DNA of 64,000 nucleotides, taken from contig OY729428.2 in NCBI GenBank assembly GCA_963422375.2, positions 288,001 through 352,000 on the forward strand, written 5' to 3'. Both the position numbers and the translations under genes were made by a program. A model generated the notes under the pieces. The model saw only the letters and a program-made list of their open reading frames with translations. It did not search any database and was not told the DNA's origin. This document shows positions 13,613 to 23,460 of the stretch, in pieces; position 1 is the stretch's first letter; each line of letters begins with the position of its first letter. Origin of the DNA: Bryobacterales bacterium (GTDB lineage Bacteria > Acidobacteriota > Terriglobia > Bryobacterales > UBA6623).

Positions 13613-15125
13613 GGGAATTATATATCTGAGTGCCAACAACGCTATGTCCGACGAGAACTGCTCTGAGCAGGGAGGTCGGCGTCTGGCTCGGGTCATTCGA
13701 ATACGGCCGCGGTAGGCACGGAAAGGTGGGATCGTATCTGAATCGAACCTGCCAGCGGAATGGACGAGGTACGGATAAGAGAGGCCCCCTCGCATGCCGG
13801 GTGGAATCCGGTTGGCGGTGGAGGCCACCCCTTGCAAGCCGATTGCGTGCCCTGCGAGGGCCGAAGAAGCGGATCCCCGGCGCTCGACGGCCTGCATGGA
13901 CGGTCCGGGCCGGACTCGGGTCGCGCCGGGGGATTCCAGATCCGGCGCGCCCTCGCACCGAGCGTGAAGCGCATCGAGCGTGAAGAGTGCGTCGGCAGCG
14001 GGCTGCGGCGCTCGGCGCGGAGGGCGCCGCTCAGGCCGCGACCGCGGCCTTGCCGGTCAGCTGCCGGTAGGTCAGCGTCCGGCCGACCAGGCCTCGCGCC
14101 ATGCGCCGCATCCGTTCCGCCGTGTCGCAGTCGCGGTCGTTGCGCCGTCCCGCGAACTCCGTCAGGTAGCGGCCGAGATGACGGACGCTCATCCGGTGAT
14201 AGGTGCCGTACAGGCCGCGCTTGAACAGGGACCAAAACGACTCGATGCCGTTCGTATGCGCTGCCCCGCGCACGTACTCGCCGCCGGAGTGCTTGACGGC
14301 TTCGTGCGGGAACTCCTCCATGCCGGCGTAGACCGCCGCCTCGTCGGAGCGGACCTGCGCGCCCGGCACGACGCGGGCGCGCACGAAGCCCTGCAGGTCG
14401 CCCTTGGCGGTGCCCGGCAGCGGCCGCGCGGCCACTGCGTTCGTGGCGCGGTCCCGCGCCCCCGCCACCGGGGTCTTGCCGACGGGCCCGCGCCCGGCGC
14501 GGGCCTTCTTGCTCTCGTGCTGGTTGCGCTCCTTGCCGCCGACGTAAGTCTCGTCCACCTCCACCGGGCCGGCGAACAGGCCCTGATGCCGCTCCCAGCA
14601 CGCGCGGATGCGGTGCGCCAGGTGCCAGGCCGACTTCCGGCTGATGCCCAGGTCGCGGTGCAGCTTCATGCTCGAGACGCCCTTGATGCCGGTAGTCAGC
14701 AGGAACAGGGCGACAGCCCAGGTGCGGTAGCCGAGCTTGGTGTCGGCCATCACGCTGCCGGTGCGCACGGAAAAGCGCCTGCCGCAGCCGCGGCAACGGT
14801 ACGGCATCGAAGGGTGGGCCGTGCCGGACTGCACACTGGAGCCACGGCAGTGGGGGCATACCGGACCGTCGGGCCAGCGCATGGAGGCGAACCACTTTTC
14901 CGCGGATTCGTCATCGGGGAACATGGCGATCACCTCAATCAGAGTGATGCCTTTACGAAACCACTTCCCGGGACCTTCCTGCTTCATAGACGACCTCATA
15001 TATTGGAACTATTCTATCAAAATATTCCACCGACTTTCAACAGATCTCCGGAAGAAATATGAAATTAATTTATGGACTGATAATTTGCAAAATCGGTTGC
15101 CTCGGCACTCAGATATATAATTCCC
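13613..15125 (-). mobile_element. IS1595-family element, lineage A copy 1
   Basis: Perfect 22-bp IRs GGGAATTATATATCTGAGTGCC; 8-bp TSD ATTTTATT at 13605-13612 and 15126-15133. Confidence 0.95.
14031..14987 (-). CDS. IS1595 transposase
   Basis: WPDGPVCPHC...YRCRGC zinc ribbon, VEVDETY, SDE, HTNGIESFWS, YLTEF; uninterrupted ORF. Confidence 0.92.
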   Translation of the reverse strand: MKQEGPGKWFRKGITLIEVIAMFPDDESAEKWFASMRWPDGPVCPHCRGSSVQSGTAHPSMPYRCRGCGRRFSVRTGSVMADTKLGYRTWAVALFLLTTGIKGVSSMKLHRDLGISRKSAWHLAHRIRACWERHQGLFAGPVEVDETYVGGKERNQHESKKARAGRGPVGKTPVAGARDRATNAVAARPLPGTAKGDLQGFVRARVVPGAQVRSDEAAVYAGMEEFPHEAVKHSGGEYVRGAAHTNGIESFWSLFKRGLYGTYHRMSVRHLGRYLTEFAGRRNDRDCDTAERMRRMARGLVGRTLTYRQLTGKAAVAA

Positions 15126-15132
15126 ATTTTAT

Positions 15133-16203
15133 TCACAATAGCCTCCAGCAACGTGATCGAGCGGTCTCGATATATTCGGGACAAATATCGATTCCTACGG
15201 AGCATCTCTGCAGATTGAATGCCGCCAGCATGGTAGTGCCAGTCCCGCAAAACGGATCGAGAACTACTCCAGTTGGAGGACAAGTAGAACAAAGCGGGAT
15301 TTTGCAAAGATCTTCGGGGTATGGAGCGAAGTGACCTATCCTATTCTGAGTGTCTTCTAGTAGAATATCCCACACATCCTTGGGCTTACTACCTTCCGGA
15401 TGGTACCGCAGGAAGTAGAATCCTTTTTCTCGGATTTCCTTGGCTCGTCCAGAAACTGCGTCACTATTGGAATGAGTGACTCGCTGCTGTCCCCGAATGA
15501 TCATCCTGAAGTCAGCAACCACTCCCAGCCTGACATCGGCAAGCATCTTGTGAAGACTCTCACGTGCAGACTTCTTTTCATCTGCAGTGAGTTCCGTCGA
15601 CAATTCTATCTGGCGATGATATCGAATACCCGATACGTCCGTAGCAGATACAACTGCCCCATTTTTCACGAAACTCTTTTTTGGTGTATTTCGAATTGAG
15701 TCGACATCATAGTAATAGTTCCGAGACTTCACGAAGTGAAATAGATTTTCATGAATGTTCCTCAGCTTGTCTTTTGAATTATCCGGTCCGCCCTTTACTT
15801 TGTTCCAAATGACGCTATTTCGCAGGATCCAGTCTTGTTTATCAATTAGATTAAGGGCAATCCTCCAAGGGATTCCTACCAAGCCTTTCCGATAGTATGT
15901 ATCTCCTATATTGAGCCAAAACGAGCCCGTGGGTTTTAGTACTCTCTTCACTTCAAGAAACACTTGGTCAAGAGCATCCAAGTAATCGGTAACGTGGTCT
16001 TCTAGACCAATGCCTGCTCGTGCGTATTTGCGCTGCTTCCAATACGGGGGACTTGTCATGCAACAGTCAAATGAACTGTCGGGGTATGTCGGCAAGACAT
16101 CCAATGCATCCCCTACATGGAATGTCGGGTGGTACGACTCTATTGGAGCATTTCTCGATGAATCACCTGAGCTCGTGATGCTGGGACTTGGCAGGTTACT
16201 CAT
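15133..16203 (-). CDS. Amino-methyltransferase, beta class (N4-cytosine likely)
   Basis: Motif IV TSPPY before motif I LDPFCGTGTT; HFAPYP; intact, AT-rich. Confidence 0.92.
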   Translation of the reverse strand: MSNLPSPSITSSGDSSRNAPIESYHPTFHVGDALDVLPTYPDSSFDCCMTSPPYWKQRKYARAGIGLEDHVTDYLDALDQVFLEVKRVLKPTGSFWLNIGDTYYRKGLVGIPWRIALNLIDKQDWILRNSVIWNKVKGGPDNSKDKLRNIHENLFHFVKSRNYYYDVDSIRNTPKKSFVKNGAVVSATDVSGIRYHRQIELSTELTADEKKSARESLHKMLADVRLGVVADFRMIIRGQQRVTHSNSDAVSGRAKEIREKGFYFLRYHPEGSKPKDVWDILLEDTQNRIGHFAPYPEDLCKIPLCSTCPPTGVVLDPFCGTGTTMLAAFNLQRCSVGIDICPEYIETARSRCWRLL

Positions 16204-16537
16204 TGTTTGGCTCGTCTGCGCCGCTGTAGTCGAGGAATTTCACATTCGGAGATGATCAAGCATTGCGGATTCGCGTCTCCTGCGAGGGACGCACACACAT
16301 TGCACCACAGAGCGGTGCGGACGCATCGACCGCACCATTCTCGCTGCCGCCGAATTGCCCCTGCGTATACAACGAAACGTCTTGAATGCACAAGACCTCG
16401 CGCCACCCAATTCACTGAGCGACCCTGGGGACAGCTGCGACGGCGCGTGTCAGACCGGGGCCTCTGGTGTAGGCTGAGAATCGTCCGCCAGCCCCAGTGG
16501 CCGACTTACGGTCGCTTGTTGACGCGACACCCGCACA

Positions 16538-19039
16538 ATGTCCCGGGTCCGTCTCGCGAAGGCCACTATCGCCTTGGGCGACATGACCTGCGGGCACTGC
16601 ACGGCGACAGTCGAGAAGGCGCTGCTGTCCTTGGACGGTGTGAGCATGGCGTCCGCGGACCTGCCCACCCAGTCCGCCGACGTGGAGTATGATCCGTCGG
16701 CGGTCGCCTTGCCGGCCATGGAGGCCGCTGTGGCCGCTGTGGGCTACGCCGCGCGACCGACACCGCAGCTGGTTTCGATCACGTCAGCTGCCCAGGCGGT
16801 GAGGGACACCGCTGCGACGCCTCCGGCGGAGCCGCGGACGGTCGAGTACAGTCTCGCGGTCACCGGCATGACTTGCGCGAGCTGCGTGCGCTCCGTGGAG
16901 CGGGCAGCCTTGGAGGTTCCCGGAGTGACTTCCTGCGAGGTGAGCCTCGCGGAATCGACCGCTCGAGTGCGTCTCGATGAGCAAAGTGGCACCATTGGCG
17001 ATGTCATCGGCGCGATTCGAGGGTCGGGCTACGGGGCGTCGGTCGCCACGGCCACGCGAGCGGCACCCACTCCCGACGGAGATTCCACCGCGCTCTCCCG
17101 CAGGCTCTTGGTGTCAGCGGCGCTGACACTGCCTTTGCTGGTCCTCGCGATGTCTCACGGGGCCATCAGTTTCTCCGGGGCGAACTGGCTGCAGCTGGCG
17201 TTGGCCGCGCCCGTCGTCGCGTTTGGCGGTGCGCCGTTCTATGCAGCGGCGTGGAACGCCGCGCGCCACGGCCGCAGCGACATGAACACCCTGATCGCCG
17301 TAGGGACCGGAGCCGCCTTCGCCTACAGCGTCGCGGCCACGGTCGCGCCCGGCTGGTTGTCGAGCCAAAGGGCTGCAGGCGTCTACTTCGAGACGGCGGC
17401 TGCCATCATCACGCTCGTGCTCCTCGGGCGGCTGCTGGAAGCGAAGGCGCGGCACCGAACTTCCCACTCGATTCGAAAGCTGCTCGATCTGCAAGCGCGC
17501 AGCGTCCGCGTTCGGCGTGACCGCCGCGAAGTGGAGATTCCTCTGGAAGACGTCAAGGAAGGCGATCTTGTTCTGGTCCGTCCTGGCGAGCGGATTCCGG
17601 TCGACGGCGAGGTCGTCGAGGGTTCCGGCGCGGTGGACGAAGCGCCGATGACCGGCGAGAGCGTGCCAGTCGATAAAGCGCCCGGATCGCCCGTCGTCAG
17701 CGGAGCGCTCAACAGGGACGGCTTCCTCGTATTCCGGGCCGAGAGCGTCGGGGCCCGGACGGCGCTCTCGCGCGTCATCGAATTCGTGAGGCGCGCCCAG
17801 GCGTCGAAGGCCCCCGCCGCCCGCATCGCGGACCGTATCGCCGCGGTCTTCGTCCCTGTCATTCTGGGTGTCGCAGCGGCGACGTTCGCAGCGTGGATGG
17901 CATACAGCCCGCCGGAGGACCGCTTGCGCATGGCACTGAATAGCGCCGTTAGCGTTCTGATCATCGCCTGTCCATGCGCCCTCGGCCTAGCGACGCCCGC
18001 AGCGCTAGCGGTGGGCCTTGGCCGAGCGGCCGAGGCCGGGATCCTCGTTCGCGACAGCGGGCCACTGGAAGCCGCAAGGAGCGTCGACACGGTGGTATTC
18101 GATAAGACCGGCACGCTCACGCTCGGGCAGTTCTCGGTCACGGACGTGGAGGCCTACGGCGGCTTGACGCCTGCGACAATGCTCCGGGCTGCGAGCGAAG
18201 TCGAGCGGCACGGCGAGCATCCGATCGCCAAGGCCATCGCCGCGGCCTCGCCCGCTTCGACGGGGAACGTAACTGAATTCCGCGCACTGCCCGGAGCGGG
18301 CGCGAGCGCGCTACTCGACGGCGTGACTTGGCTCGTCGGCAAGCCAGCACTGCTCGCCGAGCGGGACACGGACGTCTCGGAGGCGCGGGAGACTCTCGAC
18401 CGCCTTTCAGGGGAAGGCAAGACCGTTGTCGCCGTCGCGCGCGACGGGACTCTTGCCGGCGTGGTCGCCTTGCGGGACGCGATTCGTCCGGGAGTGCCTG
18501 AAGCGACCGCCGACCTCCGGCGAATGGGCATCAAGACCGTGCTGCTCAGCGGGGACAGCGCGTCAGCGGCCCGAGCGGCTGCCGATGAAGCGGGAATCCA
18601 AGAGGTTCTCGCACCCGTGCTCCCGCTCGAGAAGGCTGCGGCTGTCCGTCGCATCCAAGGCGAGGGTAGGACCGTGGCGATGGTCGGCGACGGGATCAAT
18701 GACGCTCCCGCCCTCGCGCAGGCCGACTTGGGCGTCGCCATCGGCGCGGGCACCGACATCGCGATCGAGTCGGCGGGCATCGTACTGGTGAAGAGCGACC
18801 CCGCAGATGTCGGGCGCGCCATCGAACTCGCGAGGCGCATCCATCGCACGATCATCCAGAACTACTGCTGGGCGTTCGGTTACAACATCTTGGGCGTCCC
18901 GATCGCCGCGGGCGTGCTCTACCCGTGGACGGGATTGCTCCTGTCGCCTGTCCTGGCCTCGGTCGCGATGGCGCTGTCCAGCCTGTCCGTCCTCACGAAT
19001 AGCCTCCGGCTCAATCGAGTGTTTCGGCGCAGCGCCTAG
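16538..19039 (+). CDS. copA: Copper-translocating P1B-type ATPase
   Basis: Two HMA domains (MTCGHC, MTCASC), TGES, CPC, DKTGT, HP, GDGINDAP, YN and MALSS. Confidence 0.95.
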   Translation: MSRVRLAKATIALGDMTCGHCTATVEKALLSLDGVSMASADLPTQSADVEYDPSAVALPAMEAAVAAVGYAARPTPQLVSITSAAQAVRDTAATPPAEPRTVEYSLAVTGMTCASCVRSVERAALEVPGVTSCEVSLAESTARVRLDEQSGTIGDVIGAIRGSGYGASVATATRAAPTPDGDSTALSRRLLVSAALTLPLLVLAMSHGAISFSGANWLQLALAAPVVAFGGAPFYAAAWNAARHGRSDMNTLIAVGTGAAFAYSVAATVAPGWLSSQRAAGVYFETAAAIITLVLLGRLLEAKARHRTSHSIRKLLDLQARSVRVRRDRREVEIPLEDVKEGDLVLVRPGERIPVDGEVVEGSGAVDEAPMTGESVPVDKAPGSPVVSGALNRDGFLVFRAESVGARTALSRVIEFVRRAQASKAPAARIADRIAAVFVPVILGVAAATFAAWMAYSPPEDRLRMALNSAVSVLIIACPCALGLATPAALAVGLGRAAEAGILVRDSGPLEAARSVDTVVFDKTGTLTLGQFSVTDVEAYGGLTPATMLRAASEVERHGEHPIAKAIAAASPASTGNVTEFRALPGAGASALLDGVTWLVGKPALLAERDTDVSEARETLDRLSGEGKTVVAVARDGTLAGVVALRDAIRPGVPEATADLRRMGIKTVLLSGDSASAARAAADEAGIQEVLAPVLPLEKAAAVRRIQGEGRTVAMVGDGINDAPALAQADLGVAIGAGTDIAIESAGIVLVKSDPADVGRAIELARRIHRTIIQNYCWAFGYNILGVPIAAGVLYPWTGLLLSPVLASVAMALSSLSVLTNSLRLNRVFRRSA

Positions 19040-19884
19040 GGCACCGGCCGTCGCCTTGCCAGCCGAGTATGGCCATTCTGCGAGGTCCCGCGCTTCCGTT
19101 ATTCGACCAACTGAGGGTACCCGTCGGCCCCGGATCCGCAGAGGTCGCTTCCACCGCCGGCGAGGCTGCCCGGCTTCCCCGCTGGCTGCGGGCTCTCCGC
19201 TTCCGCTCCATCGCCTGCGGCTACGGTGCCGACGCGACGGTCGACGCGTCTGCCCCGCCATGCGCCGCCTGCCTCCCGCCGGCGCCAATGACTGGAACGC
19301 CCCGTGCGCCGTGCGTGATCCCGCCCCTATCGGCCAACTCGAGCCGGCGCATCCGCAGTCCCGGCTCCCGGACTCCAGCGCGACGGCCACTTCCGCCTAC
19401 TGCAGAGTCCACCGCCAACCGCTGCAGCGACTCCGCTCCGCATTCTCTGACGCATCGAATTCCCTCGCTCGCACCTCTTGCCCGGCCGTAGCGGCACTCG
19501 GCGGATGAAGCCGAGTCGACGGACCCATCCAACGCAGGACCATTCCGGGAACCGGGCTTTGCGATGTTCCGAAAATCAACATCTCCATGTCTCCGCAATC
19601 CGAAGCGGCTCTCGGTCCGTGCGGTCGATGTCTCTCCGGAATCACCGCGGGAGGGATCACTGAAAATGCGGAGCGAGTCTCCCACCTCGACGCTTGGAGC
19701 AGTCTGATCTCGCAAGTCGCCCTCCGTCGCACAGCTGCAGGTCCACGCTAGGAAGGCCGAATCATTCTAGACAATATATGATTTCCAGTGGAAGGCTCGC
19801 TTCCCTGCCGTCCAGCCGATCTACTCGACAAGAGCCGGCGCGCGCCGGTCTTGCGAGAGTGGGCATCCTTCATGCCCACCCGTG

Positions 19885-19913
19885 TTGCCCTGCGACCACC
19901 CAGGTGGTATAGT
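19885..19913 (+). promoter_or_regulatory. Putative sigma70 promoter for the TonB receptor gene
   Basis: TTGCCC-N17-TATAGT with extended -10 TG, about 115 bp upstream of ATG 20028. Confidence 0.45.
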
Positions 19914-20027
19914 CTGTGCAGACCGATATTCTAGGGTGGCTCGCCATCGGCGCGGGAATGACAGCACCTGAACGCTGGGTCGAGCTGGAGAGCGGGCTCG
20001 CCTGGCAGATTCGGTGGGAGGACACCG

Positions 20028-23000
20028 ATGCCTGTGGCATTTCGCATTACTATCTTGGGCGCTATTTGCGCCGCTATGGCATTCGGCCAAGTCGATGCGG
20101 GGACGGTCACCGGTACCGTCCGGGACTCTACCGGAGCGGTGATCGCCGGCGCGACCGTCGTCATCGAGAGCGTCGGGACGGGTTTGAGGATCGAGTCCGG
20201 CACCGGCGCCCAGGGTATCTACGTGTCGCCGCCACTGCGCCCGGGGGAGTTCACCGTTGAGGTGCGATCCGAGGGCTTCGAGCCGGCGGCCAAGCGTTTC
20301 CGGCTCGAAGTCAACCAACGAGCAGTCGTCGACTTCGACCTCAGGCTTGGAGCTGTGACCGAGGTCATAGAAGTCCTCGACGTCGCCCCCTTGCTGCAAA
20401 CCGAGTCCGCAACACTCTCAAACCTGAGAACCGAAAAAGCAATCAAGGACCTCCCGTTGAACGGCCGCAACTGGGCTCAGCTCATTTTGCTCAGCACCGG
20501 AACACAGCCGGCAGACACGCAATCCCAAGGCAGCCCGATCACGCGCAAGCGCGGCGTCTCGAACGCATCGGTCAACGGCAGCAGGTCCAACGACAACAAC
20601 TACCTGATCGAGGGAATCAGCAACTCGGAGAATCACAACGGACTCGGCATCCTGATCTTTCCGTCGATCGACGCGATTCAGGAGTTTCGCAGCGAGACCT
20701 CGGGAGCGGACGCGCAATTCGGCCGCGGCGGCGGCGCTACGGTGAATCTGACATTCAAGTCCGGGACTCGAGAGTTTCACGGCGGAATGTACGATTTCTT
20801 GCGGAACGCGAAACTGGATGCCAAGAACTACTTTGACCGGGCCGACGAATCGATACCGCCCTTCAAGCAGAATCAGTACGGCGCATTTCTCGGCGGCCCT
20901 CTATTTCCCTCGGCGACGGATCACCAGACGTTCTTCTTCACCAACTTTGAAGGCCAGCGCGTGCGTCAGGCGCAAACTCTGATTAGCAGCGTGCCCACTT
21001 CGGATTTCCGAGTAGGTCAGTTCTCGCAATCCCCGTTCAGTGTTTTCGATCCCACGACGCAACGATCACTTGAGAATGGCAGCTACGAACGTGATCCATT
21101 CCCGAACGACGCCGTTCCCGCTGCAATGCAGGATCCGATCGGGAAGAATATTCTGGGGCTCTACCCCCTGCCTAATCGGAATGCAGAAACTTCGGACAAC
21201 TACCTCTCGAACCCGGTCCGCAGCATCGATGGCGAGCGCTTCGACCTCAAGATCGACCACGTCCTCTCCGACAGCAACAACATGTTCGCTCGCTACAGCT
21301 ACAGCGACGATGACTTGATTGAACCGAGCTTCCTGCCAGCGCCCGCGGTGGGCAGCGGGCCTGGCGTGCCGGGTCCGGCGGACCAGCCCGTCAACCAAGT
21401 TGTCCTTAGTGATACACATTTGGTGTCACCGACCAAGATCAATGAATTCCGTGTTGGCTGGAGTCGCCTGAACCTTCGATCATTCAATCCGAACTACGGC
21501 AAGAACGTGAGCGACGAGATCGGCATCCCGGGGTCTAATGTCGCCGGTGACGACCTAACTTCGGGTCTTGCGATCATCAACATCGCCGGCTTCCGCAGCA
21601 TGGGCGGAAACGGTTTCTCTCCAGCAATTATTGTCAGCGACAACTACCAGATCAGTGACACTTTCAGCATCATCAGCGGGCGCCACAGTATCAAGTTCGG
21701 CGGCGAGGTGCGGCGATTGCGTTACAACGCCATGCAATCGAACGCACTACGCGGAACGATCAATTTCGGCAACGGCTTCACCATCAACCCCGCTTCGCCA
21801 AAGGGGACTGGGCTCGGCCCGGCGGACGTGCTGCTGGGCAAGCCCTCTAGCGGGTTCATTCGCTTCGTGACGGGCACAAGAGGATACCGGCGAACCGAGG
21901 TCGCCTTTCACCTGCAAGATACCTACAAGGCAAGCGACCGGCTTACCTTCAACCTAGGCATGCGATACGACAATTTCCTTGGATGGCCATGGACCGAAGT
22001 AAACAATCGCCAGCACAACTTCTTGCGATCAGAAGGGACAGTGGTCCAAGTCGGCGCGGGCGCAGCGCGTTGGCGGTCTGGGCATCCCGGCGATCATAAT
22101 AACTTCTCACCCCGCCTCGGAGTCGCATACAAGATTGCCTCCAAGACGGTCTTTCGCACCGGGTACGGCCTCTACTATTCGACCGGACAATTGGACACCA
22201 CACGCAATCTCGGCGCGAACCCTCCCGAAGTCATCAGTTCGAACTTCAACAACAACCAGTTCGACTTTTGGGGAGCACGGCCGGCATCGATGGGCTTCGA
22301 CCGGCCGGCTCTAGGCGTGATCGCGGGAACCTTGCGCTCCATCGACTTGGATACGGTCATTCCATACACGCAGCAATGGAACGCGACGATTCAGCATCAG
22401 GTCGGCGAGATGTCGTTCACAATCGCGTACGTCGGGAGCAAGGGCACGAAACTTCAAGGGCAGACGGATATCAATCAACCGGTCCCGGGGACCGGCCCGG
22501 TTGCACCGCGCAGGGATTTTCCGGCGTTTGGCGCCATTCGGCAGATCCAGAGCCGCTACGCCTCAAACTACCATAGCCTGCAGATCTCGGCAGAGCGCCG
22601 ATTCCGAAATGGACTCGGCTATCTGGTCAGCTACACCTGGGGGAAGGCAATCGGCAACGTGGACTCCCAGTTCGGCACGCCGACCGATATACGCAATATC
22701 AGGCGAGACCGAGGACCCACCGGCTTCAGCGCGCCTCGTCGCTTGGTCAGCAGCTTCATGTACGACCTGCCGTTCAAGGCTAGGGGAGGCCTCAACCACA
22801 TCGTAGGTGGCTGGCAGATCAATGGGATCCTATCCATGTATGACGGATTCCCGATGCGAGTGACCTCGCCGAACACACTCAATTGCTGCACATCCTACCC
22901 GGATCGAATTGCGGACGGACGATTGCCTAGGAGCCAGCAAACCCTTCAGAGATTCTTCGACGTCGATGCATTTGTCCGGCCCGGCCCACAAACGTTCGGA

Positions 23001-23264
23001 AACGCGGGACGCAACATTCTCTTCGGACCGGGAACCAAGAATCTCGACTTCTCAATCTTCAAGGAATTCTTCTTCGGCGAGAACCAGCAGCGGCGTTTGC
23101 AGTTCCGCTCGGAATTCTTCAATCTGACAAATACTCCGCAGTTCAACAATCCAACAACAAATATCGGCAGCGCGAATGTCGCGAGGATCCGGTCCGCGGC
23201 TTCGACGATCACGTTGCAGCGAATTCCCCGCCACATTCAATTCGGGCTGAAACTCTATTTCTAG
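20028..23264 (+). CDS. TonB-dependent receptor (Oar-like, N-terminal carboxypeptidase-regulatory-like domain)
   Basis: Signal peptide, GTVRDSTGAVIAGA, LPLNGRN, KSGTREFHG, C-terminal PRHIQFGLKLYF. Confidence 0.93.
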   Translation: MPVAFRITILGAICAAMAFGQVDAGTVTGTVRDSTGAVIAGATVVIESVGTGLRIESGTGAQGIYVSPPLRPGEFTVEVRSEGFEPAAKRFRLEVNQRAVVDFDLRLGAVTEVIEVLDVAPLLQTESATLSNLRTEKAIKDLPLNGRNWAQLILLSTGTQPADTQSQGSPITRKRGVSNASVNGSRSNDNNYLIEGISNSENHNGLGILIFPSIDAIQEFRSETSGADAQFGRGGGATVNLTFKSGTREFHGGMYDFLRNAKLDAKNYFDRADESIPPFKQNQYGAFLGGPLFPSATDHQTFFFTNFEGQRVRQAQTLISSVPTSDFRVGQFSQSPFSVFDPTTQRSLENGSYERDPFPNDAVPAAMQDPIGKNILGLYPLPNRNAETSDNYLSNPVRSIDGERFDLKIDHVLSDSNNMFARYSYSDDDLIEPSFLPAPAVGSGPGVPGPADQPVNQVVLSDTHLVSPTKINEFRVGWSRLNLRSFNPNYGKNVSDEIGIPGSNVAGDDLTSGLAIINIAGFRSMGGNGFSPAIIVSDNYQISDTFSIISGRHSIKFGGEVRRLRYNAMQSNALRGTINFGNGFTINPASPKGTGLGPADVLLGKPSSGFIRFVTGTRGYRRTEVAFHLQDTYKASDRLTFNLGMRYDNFLGWPWTEVNNRQHNFLRSEGTVVQVGAGAARWRSGHPGDHNNFSPRLGVAYKIASKTVFRTGYGLYYSTGQLDTTRNLGANPPEVISSNFNNNQFDFWGARPASMGFDRPALGVIAGTLRSIDLDTVIPYTQQWNATIQHQVGEMSFTIAYVGSKGTKLQGQTDINQPVPGTGPVAPRRDFPAFGAIRQIQSRYASNYHSLQISAERRFRNGLGYLVSYTWGKAIGNVDSQFGTPTDIRNIRRDRGPTGFSAPRRLVSSFMYDLPFKARGGLNHIVGGWQINGILSMYDGFPMRVTSPNTLNCCTSYPDRIADGRLPRSQQTLQRFFDVDAFVRPGPQTFGNAGRNILFGPGTKNLDFSIFKEFFFGENQQRRLQFRSEFFNLTNTPQFNNPTTNIGSANVARIRSAASTITLQRIPRHIQFGLKLYF

Positions 23265-23460
23265 CGAGGTTCTCGTTATGGGCTTCGAATCGGATCGACA
23301 TGCATGTAGACCGGTAGCTGACGAAGTCCCCTAGTCGGCCGACGGTCGGCCTTTCAGTGCGACCGCGTAGATGGTCGAGGATTAGTTCTGCCACACGGCC
23401 AGCGACCGGCAACAGGAGGGCAGGGATCCGTCAGCCAGCAAGCTGGCCAATGGCGGGCAC

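Larger units (their letters stand above)
13177..15136 (-). pseudogene. NotI-family restriction endonuclease, split by IS1595 and truncated by IS66
   Basis: Removing IS 13613-15125 and one TSD restores GTG AAT AAA ATA GTG GAA CTA TTC GGC (MNKIVELFG). Four-Cys motif CPF-x4-C...GTC...ICP and D...ELQ nuclease motif. Start overlaps the MTase stop. Confidence 0.82.

Noticed and set aside
12872..13897. 341-aa ORF as an intact gene
   Set aside because: Chimera of IS1595 sequence, the REase fragment and the IS66 end.
19040..19880. Small ORFs between copA and the TonB receptor
   Set aside because: Low-complexity Arg/Pro/Ala translations without motifs; no supported call.
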